Part shown: piece after piece, positions 46,101 through 57,129 of the stretch
Position numbering within the stretch: the first letter of the stretch is position 1
Layout: each line of letters begins with the position of its first letter
The notes under the pieces: generated by a model
Told to the model about the DNA's origin: nothing
Databases searched by the model: none
Seen by the model: the letters and a program-made list of their open reading frames with translations, nothing else
Assembly (NCBI GenBank): GCA_003208875.1
Contig: QCUR01000006.1
Span: forward strand, 1 to 64,000
Length of the DNA: 64,000 nucleotides
Origin: Prochlorococcus sp. AG-679-M23
GTDB taxonomy: Bacteria > Cyanobacteriota > Cyanobacteriia > PCC-6307 > Cyanobiaceae
Direction of reading: 5' to 3'
Program-made: the position numbers and the translations under genes

Positions 46101-47039
46101 TTATTTAATTTCTGCGGTTAAAAAATCTTTCGCAAGATAAGTATTAGGGAAGATTTTTTGAGCTTCTTTTAGCAAATCGCTTGGCTTGATTAGACTTCTT
46201 TGAGTATATCTTGGGCTTAAATGTGTGATAATTAATTTCTTTACGTTAGACAATAGTGCAGTTTTTGCTGCCATTATTGTTGTCGAATGTAATTTCTCGT
46301 AAGCCATTTTTTCATCTTCTTTGGAAAATGTAGATTCATGAACTAACAAATCAGCATTTTTAGATAGATTTACTGCAGATTCGCTAAAAACTGTATCAGT
46401 ACAATAAACAAAACTTTCACCTTTTCTAGGAGGTCCACAAAAATCTTGCCCATTAAAAGATCTCCCATCTTTTAATTGAACTGTTTTACCTGCCTGTAAT
46501 TCTGAATATATAGGCCCGGGGGGAATATTTTGATCTTCTGCTTTTTTGATATCGAATACTCCTGGCTTATTTTTTTCGCTCACACGATAACCATAAGCAG
46601 GTAGCCTATGTTTGAGGCAGGCACAATGAACTTTTAACTTATCGTTTTCAAATAATATTTTATTTAATGAGGCGAAATTCTCAACTTCTCGAAAACGTAA
46701 AGGAAATGACAACTTGCAAAAGCTGCTTTCAAGTGCAGCAGTTACAAACCTTTTTAACTCTGAAGGACCATAAATTTCAATACCATTACTATTCCCCGAT
46801 AAACCTAATGTAGCTAAAAGACCTGGTAAACCATAAATATGATCACCATGCATATGAGTAATAAATATCTTTTTAATTTGTGAAGACTTAATATTACTCT
46901 TCATTAGTTGATGCTGAGTTCCTTCTCCGCAATCAAAAAGCCATACTTCAGCCGTTTGAGATAATTTAAGGGCTAAGGAAGAAACATTTCTTGTTAAGGT
47001 TGGCACCCCAGAGCTTGTTCCCAAGAAAGTGATGTTCAC
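46101..47039 (-). CDS. rnz: Ribonuclease Z
   Basis: [27 protein letters not shown]. Confidence 0.96.
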   Translation of the reverse strand: MNITFLGTSSGVPTLTRNVSSLALKLSQTAEVWLFDCGEGTQHQLMKSNIKSSQIKKIFITHMHGDHIYGLPGLLATLGLSGNSNGIEIYGPSELKRFVTAALESSFCKLSFPLRFREVENFASLNKILFENDKLKVHCACLKHRLPAYGYRVSEKNKPGVFDIKKAEDQNIPPGPIYSELQAGKTVQLKDGRSFNGQDFCGPPRKGESFVYCTDTVFSESAVNLSKNADLLVHESTFSKEDEKMAYEKLHSTTIMAAKTALLSNVKKLIITHLSPRYTQRSLIKPSDLLKEAQKIFPNTYLAKDFLTAEIK

Positions 47040-47126
47040 TTTAAATGTTATTTTTGTTTTATTTCTAGATTAAATCTAGACTTTTAGTCAAACTAAGGCA
47101 AATACAAAATTTGTTTTTCAAACATA

Positions 47127-48320
47127 GTGGGTTTTCAAATTACAAAAAATTCTCATAAATTTTATTTAATATTGATAATAATTTTTTGTGTTTTCCAAAA
47201 TCAGTCTTTATCTGCTGCTAGAGAGCCCTTAATAAGGGTTTTAATATCAAAAAACAGAAATTTAAGAATAAGATCTGATAAATCAATTCCATTAATTATT
47301 AAAGGGCAAAAATTCTCAAATAAAAAAATTAAAGGTTTGACTGTAAAAAAAGAAAATAATACAACATCATTATTTTTTGATAAGAACAAACAAAAAATTT
47401 ATGATTTAAAAAATAAAGTAAAATTAGTAGTTAAATCTTCTGATGGTAGAGGTATTTGGGTTGGCCAGAAAAGATATTCGGGAATTTTAAATCTATTAGT
47501 TCTTGATTCTGAGATATTAGTGATTAATATCCTTGGAATCGAAAAGTATCTGAGTAGTGTTGTTGGCTCAGAGATGCCAGCTAAATGGCCGTTAGAGGCA
47601 TTAAAAGCACAGGCTATTGCTTCAAGGACTTATGCTTTAAAACAAAAAGGAAATCAAATTTATGATATTGATTCTACTCAGAAAAATCAAGTATATAATG
47701 GCTTGGAATCAAGAACCTATAAAACTATAAGGGCAGTAAGAAGTACAAGATCATTAGTTTTGACATATAAAAATAAATTGATTAATGCCTTGTTTCACAG
47801 TAGTTCAGGAGGGATGACAGAAAATAGTCAAGATGTTTGGAAGAATGCATATCCTTATTTATCAAGTGTTAGAGATTTTGATAGAAATAATCCAAAACTC
47901 GGATGGAAGAAAAAATTCTCAAGCGGAGAATTACAAAAATTATTCCCTGAAATTGGAGGAATTAAAAAAATTGAGATTTTGAATATAACTAATACTGGGA
48001 GAGTAAAAAATGTGAAAATTTTTGGAAAATATGGCTCTGATCAAATATCAGGAGTTGATATTAGAAAAAGAATGAATCTGAAAAGTACTTTTATGAGGTT
48101 TAAATTCATTGAAGATAAAAAATATATTTCCGATAATGATAATTCCAATATTCCTATTGAAAAAACTTTAATAGTTTTTGGTCAAGGCTCTGGCCATGGT
48201 GTAGGGATGAGTCAATGGGGTGCAAGATATATGGCTTCCAAAGGTCAAAAAGCAGAAAGAATATTAAAACATTTTTATAAGGGTGTAAGAATTAAACCGT
48301 TTAGCAAAAATTACTTATAA
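47127..48320 (+). CDS. SpoIID/LytB-domain protein
   Basis: YL.SVV.SEMP..WP.EALKAQAIASRTY, GHGVGMSQWGA. Confidence 0.93.
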   Translation: MGFQITKNSHKFYLILIIIFCVFQNQSLSAAREPLIRVLISKNRNLRIRSDKSIPLIIKGQKFSNKKIKGLTVKKENNTTSLFFDKNKQKIYDLKNKVKLVVKSSDGRGIWVGQKRYSGILNLLVLDSEILVINILGIEKYLSSVVGSEMPAKWPLEALKAQAIASRTYALKQKGNQIYDIDSTQKNQVYNGLESRTYKTIRAVRSTRSLVLTYKNKLINALFHSSSGGMTENSQDVWKNAYPYLSSVRDFDRNNPKLGWKKKFSSGELQKLFPEIGGIKKIEILNITNTGRVKNVKIFGKYGSDQISGVDIRKRMNLKSTFMRFKFIEDKKYISDNDNSNIPIEKTLIVFGQGSGHGVGMSQWGARYMASKGQKAERILKHFYKGVRIKPFSKNYL

Positions 48321-48324
48321 AAAG

Positions 48325-49242
48325 TTATTTTGCATTAAGAACTAATTTGGGATGTAATGTAGTTTTTTCTTCATTAATAAAACCCATTCCTAATAGGATT
48401 TTGTTACTGTCAATAATTTTTATTGGTTTTTTGTAATCAAAAGAGTTGCTTTGAACAAAATTATTAGCATCAAATTTAATTATTCTTCCTGTTTGCCAAA
48501 AGTTAATTTCTTCTTGATTAGCTAAAACTAGTGTTGAAATATGATCAAGAGCAGAAATTGTGGGAATAATAAAAGGTGCGTTTATGTCATTATGATCACT
48601 TAGATCAGATATCTTTATAGAATTTTTCTCATGGAATCCACAAGCCGAAATCCTTTTAAGTTTCAAAAGACAACCTTCAGAATCTAAGATCCCGCCCAAA
48701 TCTCTAGCGATGGATCTTATATAAGTTCCTGAGGAACAAGAAACTTTTATTTCTAATATTCCATTTATTTGATCCCATTTATTTAGAACTAATTCTTCTA
48801 TTTCAACCTCTTTTGGTTTTAATTCAAATTCCTCATTTTTAAAAGCTTTTTTGTATGCTCTTTCACCATTAACGTGAACACTTGATACTTTTGGAGGGAC
48901 TTGTTGGATAATACCTCTGAAGTTATTTAAATACTTATCTAATTGCTTATGGCTCAAAATAGGCCAATCTTTTTGGTTAAGAATTTCGCCTTGTATATCA
49001 TCAGTTTTTGTTCTTATGCCTAATTGGATTTGGCCAATATAGGTTTTGCCTTGAGGTAAATATTGAATAAATCTTGTAGCACTGCCTATCGCAATTGGTA
49101 AAGTACCTGTTACGTCGGGATCTAAAGTACCTGTGTGACCAACTTTTTTGGTACCTAACAATTTCCTTATTTGTTTAACGCAATCATGAGAGGTAAATCC
49201 TTTCTCTTTATTTATTGCTATAAATCCATCTTTAATTTCCAT
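48325..49242 (-). CDS. truB: tRNA pseudouridine-55 synthase
   Basis: [17 protein letters not shown]. Confidence 0.96.
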   Translation of the reverse strand: MEIKDGFIAINKEKGFTSHDCVKQIRKLLGTKKVGHTGTLDPDVTGTLPIAIGSATRFIQYLPQGKTYIGQIQLGIRTKTDDIQGEILNQKDWPILSHKQLDKYLNNFRGIIQQVPPKVSSVHVNGERAYKKAFKNEEFELKPKEVEIEELVLNKWDQINGILEIKVSCSSGTYIRSIARDLGGILDSEGCLLKLKRISACGFHEKNSIKISDLSDHNDINAPFIIPTISALDHISTLVLANQEEINFWQTGRIIKFDANNFVQSNSFDYKKPIKIIDSNKILLGMGFINEEKTTLHPKLVLNAK

Positions 49243-49319
49243 TTTAATATTAAGATTCCTATGAGAACTATTTCTTACTATTTTATTATTTTTAAATAAG
49301 GAATTATTAAAGTAAGAAA

Positions 49320-50057
49320 TTGAAAAAAGATGATTTCATAATAAAAGAATTTATAGATGATGCTTTTGATTTGAAATCACACTTAATGGAATTCTTGTCT
49401 ATCGAGCAGGATGATTTAGATGGTTTCCTCGAAAACGCAAAGATGGATCTAGCCAATCTTCATCCTGGGGGTAGTTTAAGTGAGGCTGAAGACTTTTATA
49501 AAGAAATTGTTGGAGATAAGCATTTGGCAGATTTGGCCGCCTGGCATATTTCAAGTAAGGATTATATTGCTGACACGTTAAAACTTCAGCAGAGATTTTC
49601 AAGAAATTTGGTCTTAGATTTTGGAGGAGGGATCGGTACTCATGCTTTAGCTAATGCATTGTCTCCAAAGGTTGAGCATGTTTTTTTCGTTGATATTAAT
49701 AAAACAAATAGAGATTTTGTTGAATATAGGTCTAAAAAACTTGGTGTTGGTAATAAACTCACTTTTTGTAAAACAATTCAGGAAACAAAAATATCTAGAT
49801 TTGATACGATCATATGCCTTGATGTATTAGAGCATTTATCTGATCCGGCTTTTCATCTTGATACCTTTCATAAAATTATGGGTCCTAACTCAATTGGATT
49901 ATTTAATTGGTACTTTTATAAAGGAGAAAATAATGAATACCCCTTTCACGTTGATGATGAGCAAATTGTTGAACAATTTTTTAAGACTCTACAATTAAAA
50001 TTTGTAGAAGTTTTTCATCCTATTCTTATTACGACAAGATCTTATAAAAAGAATTAA
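49320..50057 (+). CDS. SAM-dependent methyltransferase
   Basis: [17 protein letters not shown]. Confidence 0.85.
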
Positions 50058-50314
50058 AGAACTACATTTACTCTTTTTCTGTTTCTTAAATTCCTTTTGA
50101 TACTGTCAAAGCTTACAGTTCCTTCTTTTAGGGCGAAAAGTGTATCGTCCTTTCCTTTTCCTACGTTAATTCCTGGTAAAAAAGAAGTACCTCTTTGACG
50201 GATTATGATAGACCCTGCCGATACTTTTTCTCCTCCATAAGCTTTAACTCCTAGTCTTTTAGAATTTGAATCTCTTCCATTTCTGGTTGATCCGGTACCT
50301 TTTTTATGTGCCAT
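50054..50314 (-). CDS. rpmA: 50S ribosomal protein L27
   Basis: [24 protein letters not shown]. Confidence 0.98.
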
Positions 50315-50323
50315 TAGTAAAAA

Positions 50324-50764
50324 TTAGTTTTCAGGATTTGAGGCCTTTGGGCTGGTACTCTTTTTTTTAACTTCAGTTTTTGAAGATGTTTTAGGAGTAC
50401 TGTTTGAAGTTGTTATAGATTTTACCATAACTCTTGTGAGCTCTTGTCTGTGACCCATTTTTCTACGTGTCTTCTTTTTAGGACGCATTTTATATACGAT
50501 TATTTTCTTATCTCTTTTATGAGAAACCACTTCTAGTTCAATTTTTGCATTTTTTACGTAAGGCTGACCAACTGAAATATTATCTTTATCCTTTATTAGG
50601 AGAATTTTATCAATAGTAATTTTATCTTTTTCTTTAGCATTTAACCTGTCAATATCATAATATTTATCAACTTCAAACCAGAATTGTTGGCCTGATGTCT
50701 CAGCTATTGCATACAAATGTTCATTTTTTGCAGAACTGTTAGAAGGTTTTTTGGAAGAAGTCAT
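50324..50764 (-). CDS. rplU: 50S ribosomal protein L21
   Basis: YAI.ETSG.Q, GHRQELT. Confidence 0.97.
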   Translation of the reverse strand: MTSSKKPSNSSAKNEHLYAIAETSGQQFWFEVDKYYDIDRLNAKEKDKITIDKILLIKDKDNISVGQPYVKNAKIELEVVSHKRDKKIIVYKMRPKKKTRRKMGHRQELTRVMVKSITTSNSTPKTSSKTEVKKKSTSPKASNPEN

Positions 50765-50909
50765 ATAATGAGGACGCCGTGAGGCTCAAATTTATTAATT
50801 TGATTAAGCCTTTTTAGCAGTCTTGAATGTTTGTTTATTTTCTTATTTTATAATGTAATTAGTCAAGGTTTATTATTAAATTCTTTTATTTAACTTGAGG
50901 TTTTAACAA

Positions 50910-51233
50910 ATGGTGGCAAGAAAAACATATATTTTAAAACTTTACGTAGCAGGAAATACTCCCAATTCAATGAGGGCTTTGAATACTCTTAAAGAAATTC
51001 TAGAGAATGAATTTAAAGGAGTTTATGCTTTAAAAGTAATAGATGTTCTTAAACAACCGCAACTTGCTGAAGAAGATAAGATTTTGGCAACCCCAACTCT
51101 TGCAAAGATTTTACCTCCTCCTGTTAGAAGAATAATTGGTGATTTATCTGATAGAGAAAAGGTTTTAATTGGATTAGATTTACTTTTTGATGAATTATCA
51201 GAGAGTGAATATAGTGGAGGTACAAAAAATTAA
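50910..51233 (+). CDS. kaiB: Circadian clock protein KaiB
   Basis: [19 protein letters not shown]. Confidence 0.98.
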   Translation: MVARKTYILKLYVAGNTPNSMRALNTLKEILENEFKGVYALKVIDVLKQPQLAEEDKILATPTLAKILPPPVRRIIGDLSDREKVLIGLDLLFDELSESEYSGGTKN

Positions 51234-51295
51234 TAAAAACTTTTATAATTAAAAATATATCAATAGTTATAGAATAATTTTCCTGACAAAAATCT

Positions 51296-52825
51296 ATGAA
51301 AGATAAAAAAATTAGTAAATCAATTAAAATGCAAGTCCAGAAAATACCTACTGGAATTGAGGGTTTTGATGATGTTTGTAGAGGAGGCTTGCCTGCTGCC
51401 AGAAGTACTCTTGTCAGTGGGACATCTGGAACTGGTAAAACTGTTTTTTCTCTACAATATTTACATCATGGGATTTGTAATTTTGATGAGCCAGGAATTT
51501 TTATTACCTTTGAAGAATCACCTTTAGATATTATTAGAAATGCAGCTAGCTTTGGTTGGGATTTACAGAAATTAATTGATCAAAATAAACTTTTTATTTT
51601 GGACGCTTCTCCTGATCCTGACGGTCAAGATGTTGCTGGTAATTTTGATCTTTCAGGTTTGATTGAAAGGATTAGTTATGCGATTAGAAAATATAAAGCT
51701 AAGAGAGTAGCGATAGATTCAATAACCGCTGTGTTTCAGCAATATGATGCTATTTATGTTGTTAGAAGAGAAATTTTTAGACTTATTGCGAGATTAAAAG
51801 AAATAGGAGTTACCACCGTAATGACGACAGAAAGGGTCGACGATTATGGCCCAATAGCTCGTTATGGCGTTGAGGAATTTGTATCTGATAATGTCGTACT
51901 ACTTAGAAATGTGCTTGAGGCAGAGAAAAGAAGAAGAACTTTAGAAGTTTTAAAGTTGAGAGGAACCGTACATATGAAAGGAGAATTTCCCTTCACAATG
52001 GGAGATAATGGCATAATTGTTTTTGCCTTAGGAGCGATGAGATTAACGCAAAGATCCTCAAATATAAGAATAAGTTCAGGAGTTAAAGATCTTGATGAAA
52101 TGTGTGGAGGTGGTTATTTTCAGGATTCAATAATTCTGGCAACTGGCGCGACTGGTACAGGTAAAACTATGTTGGTATCAAAGTTTATTGAAGATGCTTA
52201 CAACAATAAAGAAAGAGCTATACTTTTTGCCTATGAAGAATCTAGGGCTCAACTAAATAGAAATGCCACGAGTTGGGGAATAGATTTTGAAAAGATGGAA
52301 AATGAAGGATTATTAAAAATTATTTGTGCATACCCTGAATCAACTGGTTTAGAAGATCACTTACAGATTATAAAATCGCAAATAAATGAATTTAAACCTA
52401 AGAGGTTGGCAATTGACTCTCTCTCTGCATTGGCTAGAGGAGTAAGTTTGAATGCTTTTAGACAATTTGTAATTGGCGTTACTGGTTATTCAAAACAAGA
52501 AGAGATAGCGGGTTTTTTCACAAATACTGCCGAAGAATTTATGGGAAGTCATTCTATTACCGACTCTCATATTTCAACTATCACAGATACGATATTATTA
52601 TTGCAATACGTTGAAATTAAAGGCGAGATGGCAAGAGCCATAAATGTTTTTAAAATGAGAGGCTCGTGGCATGATAAAAGGATAAGAGAATATATAATTA
52701 CTGGCAAAGGCCCGGAAATAAAAGATTCATTTTCTAATTTTGAACAAATATTTAGCGGTGCACCTCATAGAGTTATTTCTGATCAGAGTATTCCAAACGT
52801 TTTTAAAGGAATTGAAAAAAATTAG
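51296..52825 (+). CDS. kaiC: Circadian clock protein KaiC
   Basis: Two RecA-like domains; DSHISTITD phosphosite motif. Confidence 0.98.
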   Translation: MKDKKISKSIKMQVQKIPTGIEGFDDVCRGGLPAARSTLVSGTSGTGKTVFSLQYLHHGICNFDEPGIFITFEESPLDIIRNAASFGWDLQKLIDQNKLFILDASPDPDGQDVAGNFDLSGLIERISYAIRKYKAKRVAIDSITAVFQQYDAIYVVRREIFRLIARLKEIGVTTVMTTERVDDYGPIARYGVEEFVSDNVVLLRNVLEAEKRRRTLEVLKLRGTVHMKGEFPFTMGDNGIIVFALGAMRLTQRSSNIRISSGVKDLDEMCGGGYFQDSIILATGATGTGKTMLVSKFIEDAYNNKERAILFAYEESRAQLNRNATSWGIDFEKMENEGLLKIICAYPESTGLEDHLQIIKSQINEFKPKRLAIDSLSALARGVSLNAFRQFVIGVTGYSKQEEIAGFFTNTAEEFMGSHSITDSHISTITDTILLLQYVEIKGEMARAINVFKMRGSWHDKRIREYIITGKGPEIKDSFSNFEQIFSGAPHRVISDQSIPNVFKGIEKN

Positions 52826-54891
52826 AATAATTCACTTACTTGAGATTCGGAAAAATTTTCGACATTACTAATAGTTTGAGCGAGCAATTCATCTTTATCA
52901 GATTGTTCTAGGGGTAAATCAAACCAAAATGTTGTTCCTATTCCTAGTTCGCTCGCCATTCGAATTTGCCCACCATGTTTCTCAATTATGCCTCTAACAA
53001 TTGATAATCCTAATCCTGTTCCTTGTTCAGTATGAACAGCATTTTCAACTCTATAAAAACGATCAAATATTTTTTCTTGGTCAGGTTGCGATATACCTGA
53101 ACCATTATCAGCGATCTCAATTCTTACTTTGGGTAAAGGTGAAACTAATTCACATTGAGGAGCATCTTTATTGTTGTTAGGGGGAAAGGCTGGACATGAA
53201 TCAGGCCAAGTATAAGCCCTAATTTTAAGAGTGCTATTTTTCGGACTGAATTTCAAACCATTACCTAGTAAATTATCAAAAACTTGTAATAGTAAGTCGA
53301 AATTTCCAAGAATTGATGGAATATTTTCCTCGATATCATGTGCTAAAGAAACATTCTTTTCAATAGCATTAAGTCTATAATTTCTAAGTGTTTGCTCAAT
53401 AGCTGGTTTAATTTCCATAGGCTCTAATTGAATTATCTTACCTGATTCCAATCTTGATAAATCAAGTACATCATTAACTAGTCTTGTTAATCTATCAGTC
53501 TCTGAATTAGCGATACCCAAAAATTCGAGTTGCTCTTCATTTGAAAGTTGATCTTTTAAATCATATAAAGTCTCTACATAACTTTTTATATTAAAAAGTG
53601 GTGTTCTTAACTCATGAGAAACGTTACTTATAAATCTATTTTGTGCTGCATTAAGTTCAACTTCTCTTGTTAAATCTTGAATTGTTACTGCAATTCCTTT
53701 TAATTCAACTTTATTTGTATCCAAAACAGACTGTAAAACAATTCTTAAAGTCCTTGCAGGTTCGCCGAAGCTGCACCTCAAATCATCATTTTCCTTTTCT
53801 CTTTTTAAAATTGATTCTATATTTGTATGTAAGTCATTAGATAAAATTTCAGGAATTTCATTTAAAAGATATTTACCTTCTAAAAATCTTCCTTCCCAAC
53901 GAAATAGTCTTTTTGCGGTGGGATTAGTTAGAACTATTTTGCCTTTGGAGTCCAGCAGTATTGCACCATCTGCCATTGTTGCTATTAGTGATTGTTGCTT
54001 TATCTGAGCAGCTTTAAGCTCTTCAATATTTGCCTCATCATAATTCTCTAGTTGAGAAGCCATTCGGTTAAAACCTGTAAGTAATTCTCCTAGATCACCA
54101 GTCATTGGTAAAGAGATCCTAGATTTGAAATTGCCTTTTGAAATTTCTCTAACACCTTTTACTAATTCTCTTACAGGCCTGGTAATGGTTAATGCATTAA
54201 ATACCGCGCCAAGTATCACTAAAACCCAAATAGAAATGAAAACTGCTATTGTTACTTCTCTAGTTAATGCAGCACTCGACAAAGCCTTTTTATTAGGTGT
54301 TACTCCCAAAGCTAATGTTCCAAGGTACTTACCTTTCCACAGCATTGGTACAAATACATCTGTGACTTGTCCTTGAGGGGTGACATGCTGTCTTACCAAA
54401 GGAAATTGAGGTCTCTTCTTTAATTCTGTTGGTAATTTTAATCTTCTAGTTAATTGAAATTGGTTATCTGAACTTGTAGGTGTAGCACTTATTGGAATTC
54501 CAAGTTGAACAATATCTTCAGCATCAGTAAAAAAAATGTAACGTAAATTTCTACTTGATCTCCAAAACTTTTCTGCAACATTGGATATCTCTTTCCTTTG
54601 ATTATTTGCAACTAGTTCAGTCACATTACCTGATAGTAGAAGTCCTAGATCTCGTGCGTATCTTGTGTCATTCATACCGGCATCTCTTTGAATACTATTA
54701 AGAGCAAAAAATGTTATGCCAGTCATTAGAAGACTCACAACAAGAGTTGCTATAGCTAATAGTTTTGTTCTTAAACTAAAACCACTCCACCAAGTTAAAA
54801 CCCTGTTTGACCAGTGGTCAGAACTATGATCATCAATAAATTTTTTTGAAGGAGTATGTTTCATCTTATTAGGTTCATTGCTATCTATCAT
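52822..54891 (-). CDS. nblS: Sensor histidine kinase NblS/Hik33
   Basis: TM-HAMP-PAS-HisKA (SHELRTP)-HATPase. Confidence 0.93.
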   Translation of the reverse strand: MIDSNEPNKMKHTPSKKFIDDHSSDHWSNRVLTWWSGFSLRTKLLAIATLVVSLLMTGITFFALNSIQRDAGMNDTRYARDLGLLLSGNVTELVANNQRKEISNVAEKFWRSSRNLRYIFFTDAEDIVQLGIPISATPTSSDNQFQLTRRLKLPTELKKRPQFPLVRQHVTPQGQVTDVFVPMLWKGKYLGTLALGVTPNKKALSSAALTREVTIAVFISIWVLVILGAVFNALTITRPVRELVKGVREISKGNFKSRISLPMTGDLGELLTGFNRMASQLENYDEANIEELKAAQIKQQSLIATMADGAILLDSKGKIVLTNPTAKRLFRWEGRFLEGKYLLNEIPEILSNDLHTNIESILKREKENDDLRCSFGEPARTLRIVLQSVLDTNKVELKGIAVTIQDLTREVELNAAQNRFISNVSHELRTPLFNIKSYVETLYDLKDQLSNEEQLEFLGIANSETDRLTRLVNDVLDLSRLESGKIIQLEPMEIKPAIEQTLRNYRLNAIEKNVSLAHDIEENIPSILGNFDLLLQVFDNLLGNGLKFSPKNSTLKIRAYTWPDSCPAFPPNNNKDAPQCELVSPLPKVRIEIADNGSGISQPDQEKIFDRFYRVENAVHTEQGTGLGLSIVRGIIEKHGGQIRMASELGIGTTFWFDLPLEQSDKDELLAQTISNVENFSESQVSELF

Positions 54892-56229
54892 TTAGTTGGT
54901 CCTGTCAACAATTTTTTTTATCCTGACTTGATGACCAATATCTTTTCTATAGTAAATCCCTTCAAAACTTATTTCTTTTAAATTCTTATAAGCCTTTTCA
55001 AATACCTTATTAAAATCTTCTCCTTGACAAACAATACTAAGAACTCTCCCTCCATCCGTAATAAATTCACCTTTAGAATTTAATGATGTTCCAGAATCGA
55101 AGATTTGACAATGTTCAAAGTCAATATTGCCGTAAGTTATCGGAAAACCTTTTTCATAATTATGAGGGTAACCTTTTGAAGTTGCAATTACACAACCGCT
55201 GAATTTATTCGACATTTTAATTTTTTCGTTTCCGAGAAGATTACCCTTGGCACATTTTTGTAAGAGAATCACAAAGTCTTTGTCCATTAAGGGCATTATT
55301 GTTTGGCATTCAGGATCGCCAAATCTACAATTATATTCTATAACTTTTGGGCCTGATTTTGTGATCATTAAGCCAAAATATAGAACCCCTTTGTAGTCGA
55401 TATTCTTCCGCAACAATGAATCAATTGTAGGCTCAATTATTTCCTTAGTAATGGTTTCAAGAAGACTTTTTGTCATCATTGGAGTAGGAGAATAAGCCCC
55501 CATTCCACCTGTATTTGGCCCTTTATCATTCTCATTAAGTCGTTTATGATCTTGAGCTGTAGGAAGTAAAACATATTTCTTTCCATCGCAAAGAGCAAAA
55601 ACCGAAACTTCTGGACCCTCAATTTTCTCTTCCAAAACAATTATTTCGCCAGCATTACCAAATTTTCCCTTAAATATTTCTTCCGTAGCATTTATAGATG
55701 CTTCTTTTGATTCAGGGATGAAAACTCCTTTCCCTGAAGCTAATCCGTCAGCTTTTACAACTAATGGATTTGGAGATTTAAAGATAATTTTTTTTGCTTC
55801 CTTTAATGACTTAACTTTCCAAAAATTTGCAGTGGGAATATTTGCGTCTTTCATAAATTCCTTTGCCCAAGATTTACTTGATTCTAATTTAGCTCCATCT
55901 GGTCCAGGCCCAAACACATCAAAGTTATTTCTCCGAAGAACCTCCCCTAAGCCCTGTGCTAAAGGCGTCTCTGGTCCTATTACTACTAAGTCAATATTTA
56001 GAAATTTTAGTTTTGAGGTTAATACTTTAGTATTATTTAAATCTAAATTAATTCTCTCAGATTTATTTATTTTTTTTGAACCAGCATTACCTGGGAGTAG
56101 ATAAATTTTCTTGATTAAGTCATTTTTTTGAATAGCCCATGCTAATGCGTTTTCTCGACCACCATTACCAATTATTAAAATATTTTCTAATTTATTAGAA
56201 CTTTTAGAGTTGATTGTATTAATACTCAT
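54892..56229 (-). CDS. purD: Phosphoribosylamine-glycine ligase
   Basis: G.GGRE, VVKADGLA.GKGV, GPNTGGMG. Confidence 0.97.
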   Translation of the reverse strand: MSINTINSKSSNKLENILIIGNGGRENALAWAIQKNDLIKKIYLLPGNAGSKKINKSERINLDLNNTKVLTSKLKFLNIDLVVIGPETPLAQGLGEVLRRNNFDVFGPGPDGAKLESSKSWAKEFMKDANIPTANFWKVKSLKEAKKIIFKSPNPLVVKADGLASGKGVFIPESKEASINATEEIFKGKFGNAGEIIVLEEKIEGPEVSVFALCDGKKYVLLPTAQDHKRLNENDKGPNTGGMGAYSPTPMMTKSLLETITKEIIEPTIDSLLRKNIDYKGVLYFGLMITKSGPKVIEYNCRFGDPECQTIMPLMDKDFVILLQKCAKGNLLGNEKIKMSNKFSGCVIATSKGYPHNYEKGFPITYGNIDFEHCQIFDSGTSLNSKGEFITDGGRVLSIVCQGEDFNKVFEKAYKNLKEISFEGIYYRKDIGHQVRIKKIVDRTN

Positions 56230-56362
56230 GAATGGGTTCTTTATATATAATAGTGTTTGAAATGTATTTCAATTAAAAATAGATCCTTTAGTCTATTAAA
56301 CATTTCTATTGCTAGCAAATAATTAAATTATATTCTATTTTTAGTTCTCAAAGGGGTTTTTA

Positions 56363-57091
56363 ATGAATAGTAAATTAAAGTTTATTTATGAAGGTAAAGC
56401 AAAAAAAATATTTGCTTATGAGGATTCAGATAAAGTATTAATTGAATTCAAAGATGATGCCACAGCTTTTAATGCATTGAAGAAAGCTAAGTTTGAGGGT
56501 AAAGGAGAATTGAATTGTCTTATAAGTTCAAAAATATTTGAGTTTCTTATAAAAAACAACATACCAACGCATTACATTGGGCTCAAAAATAATAATTCAA
56601 TGATTGCTCAAAAAATAAAAATCATCCCCCTTGAAGTTGTTCTTAGAAATACCGCATATGGATCTCTGTGTAAACAGACGACAATCAAGCCAGGAGCAGT
56701 TTTGGAAAGCCCCTTGATTGATTTTTATCTTAAAAATGATACTCTTAATGATCCTCTTCTAACAAAAGATAGAATTAATTTATTGAAGATAGTTGATGAT
56801 GAGGAATTAGACTTTATAAGTAATATGACATTAAAGATTAATAAACTTCTCAAAACATTCTTCTTCAATATCAAATTAGATCTTGTGGATTTTAAATTAG
56901 AGTTTGGCTATAACTCTAAGGGGCAAATCGTTTTAGGTGATGAGATCAGTCCTGATAATTGCCGATTATGGGATCTTAATCAAAAAAATGGTATGATAGT
57001 AAGCCTTGATAAAGATAGATTTAGAAATGATTTAGGTGGCTTTATTGAAGCCTATAGTGAAATTAATAAAAGAATAAACAATTTTATTTAA
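56363..57091 (+). CDS. purC: SAICAR synthase
   Basis: YEGKAK, DFKLEFG, DEISPD.CRLWD. Confidence 0.97.
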   Translation: MNSKLKFIYEGKAKKIFAYEDSDKVLIEFKDDATAFNALKKAKFEGKGELNCLISSKIFEFLIKNNIPTHYIGLKNNNSMIAQKIKIIPLEVVLRNTAYGSLCKQTTIKPGAVLESPLIDFYLKNDTLNDPLLTKDRINLLKIVDDEELDFISNMTLKINKLLKTFFFNIKLDLVDFKLEFGYNSKGQIVLGDEISPDNCRLWDLNQKNGMIVSLDKDRFRNDLGGFIEAYSEINKRINNFI

Positions 57092-57129
57092 TTCAAACGA
57101 CTCTTCATCTATCTAGTTTTTAAAATATT

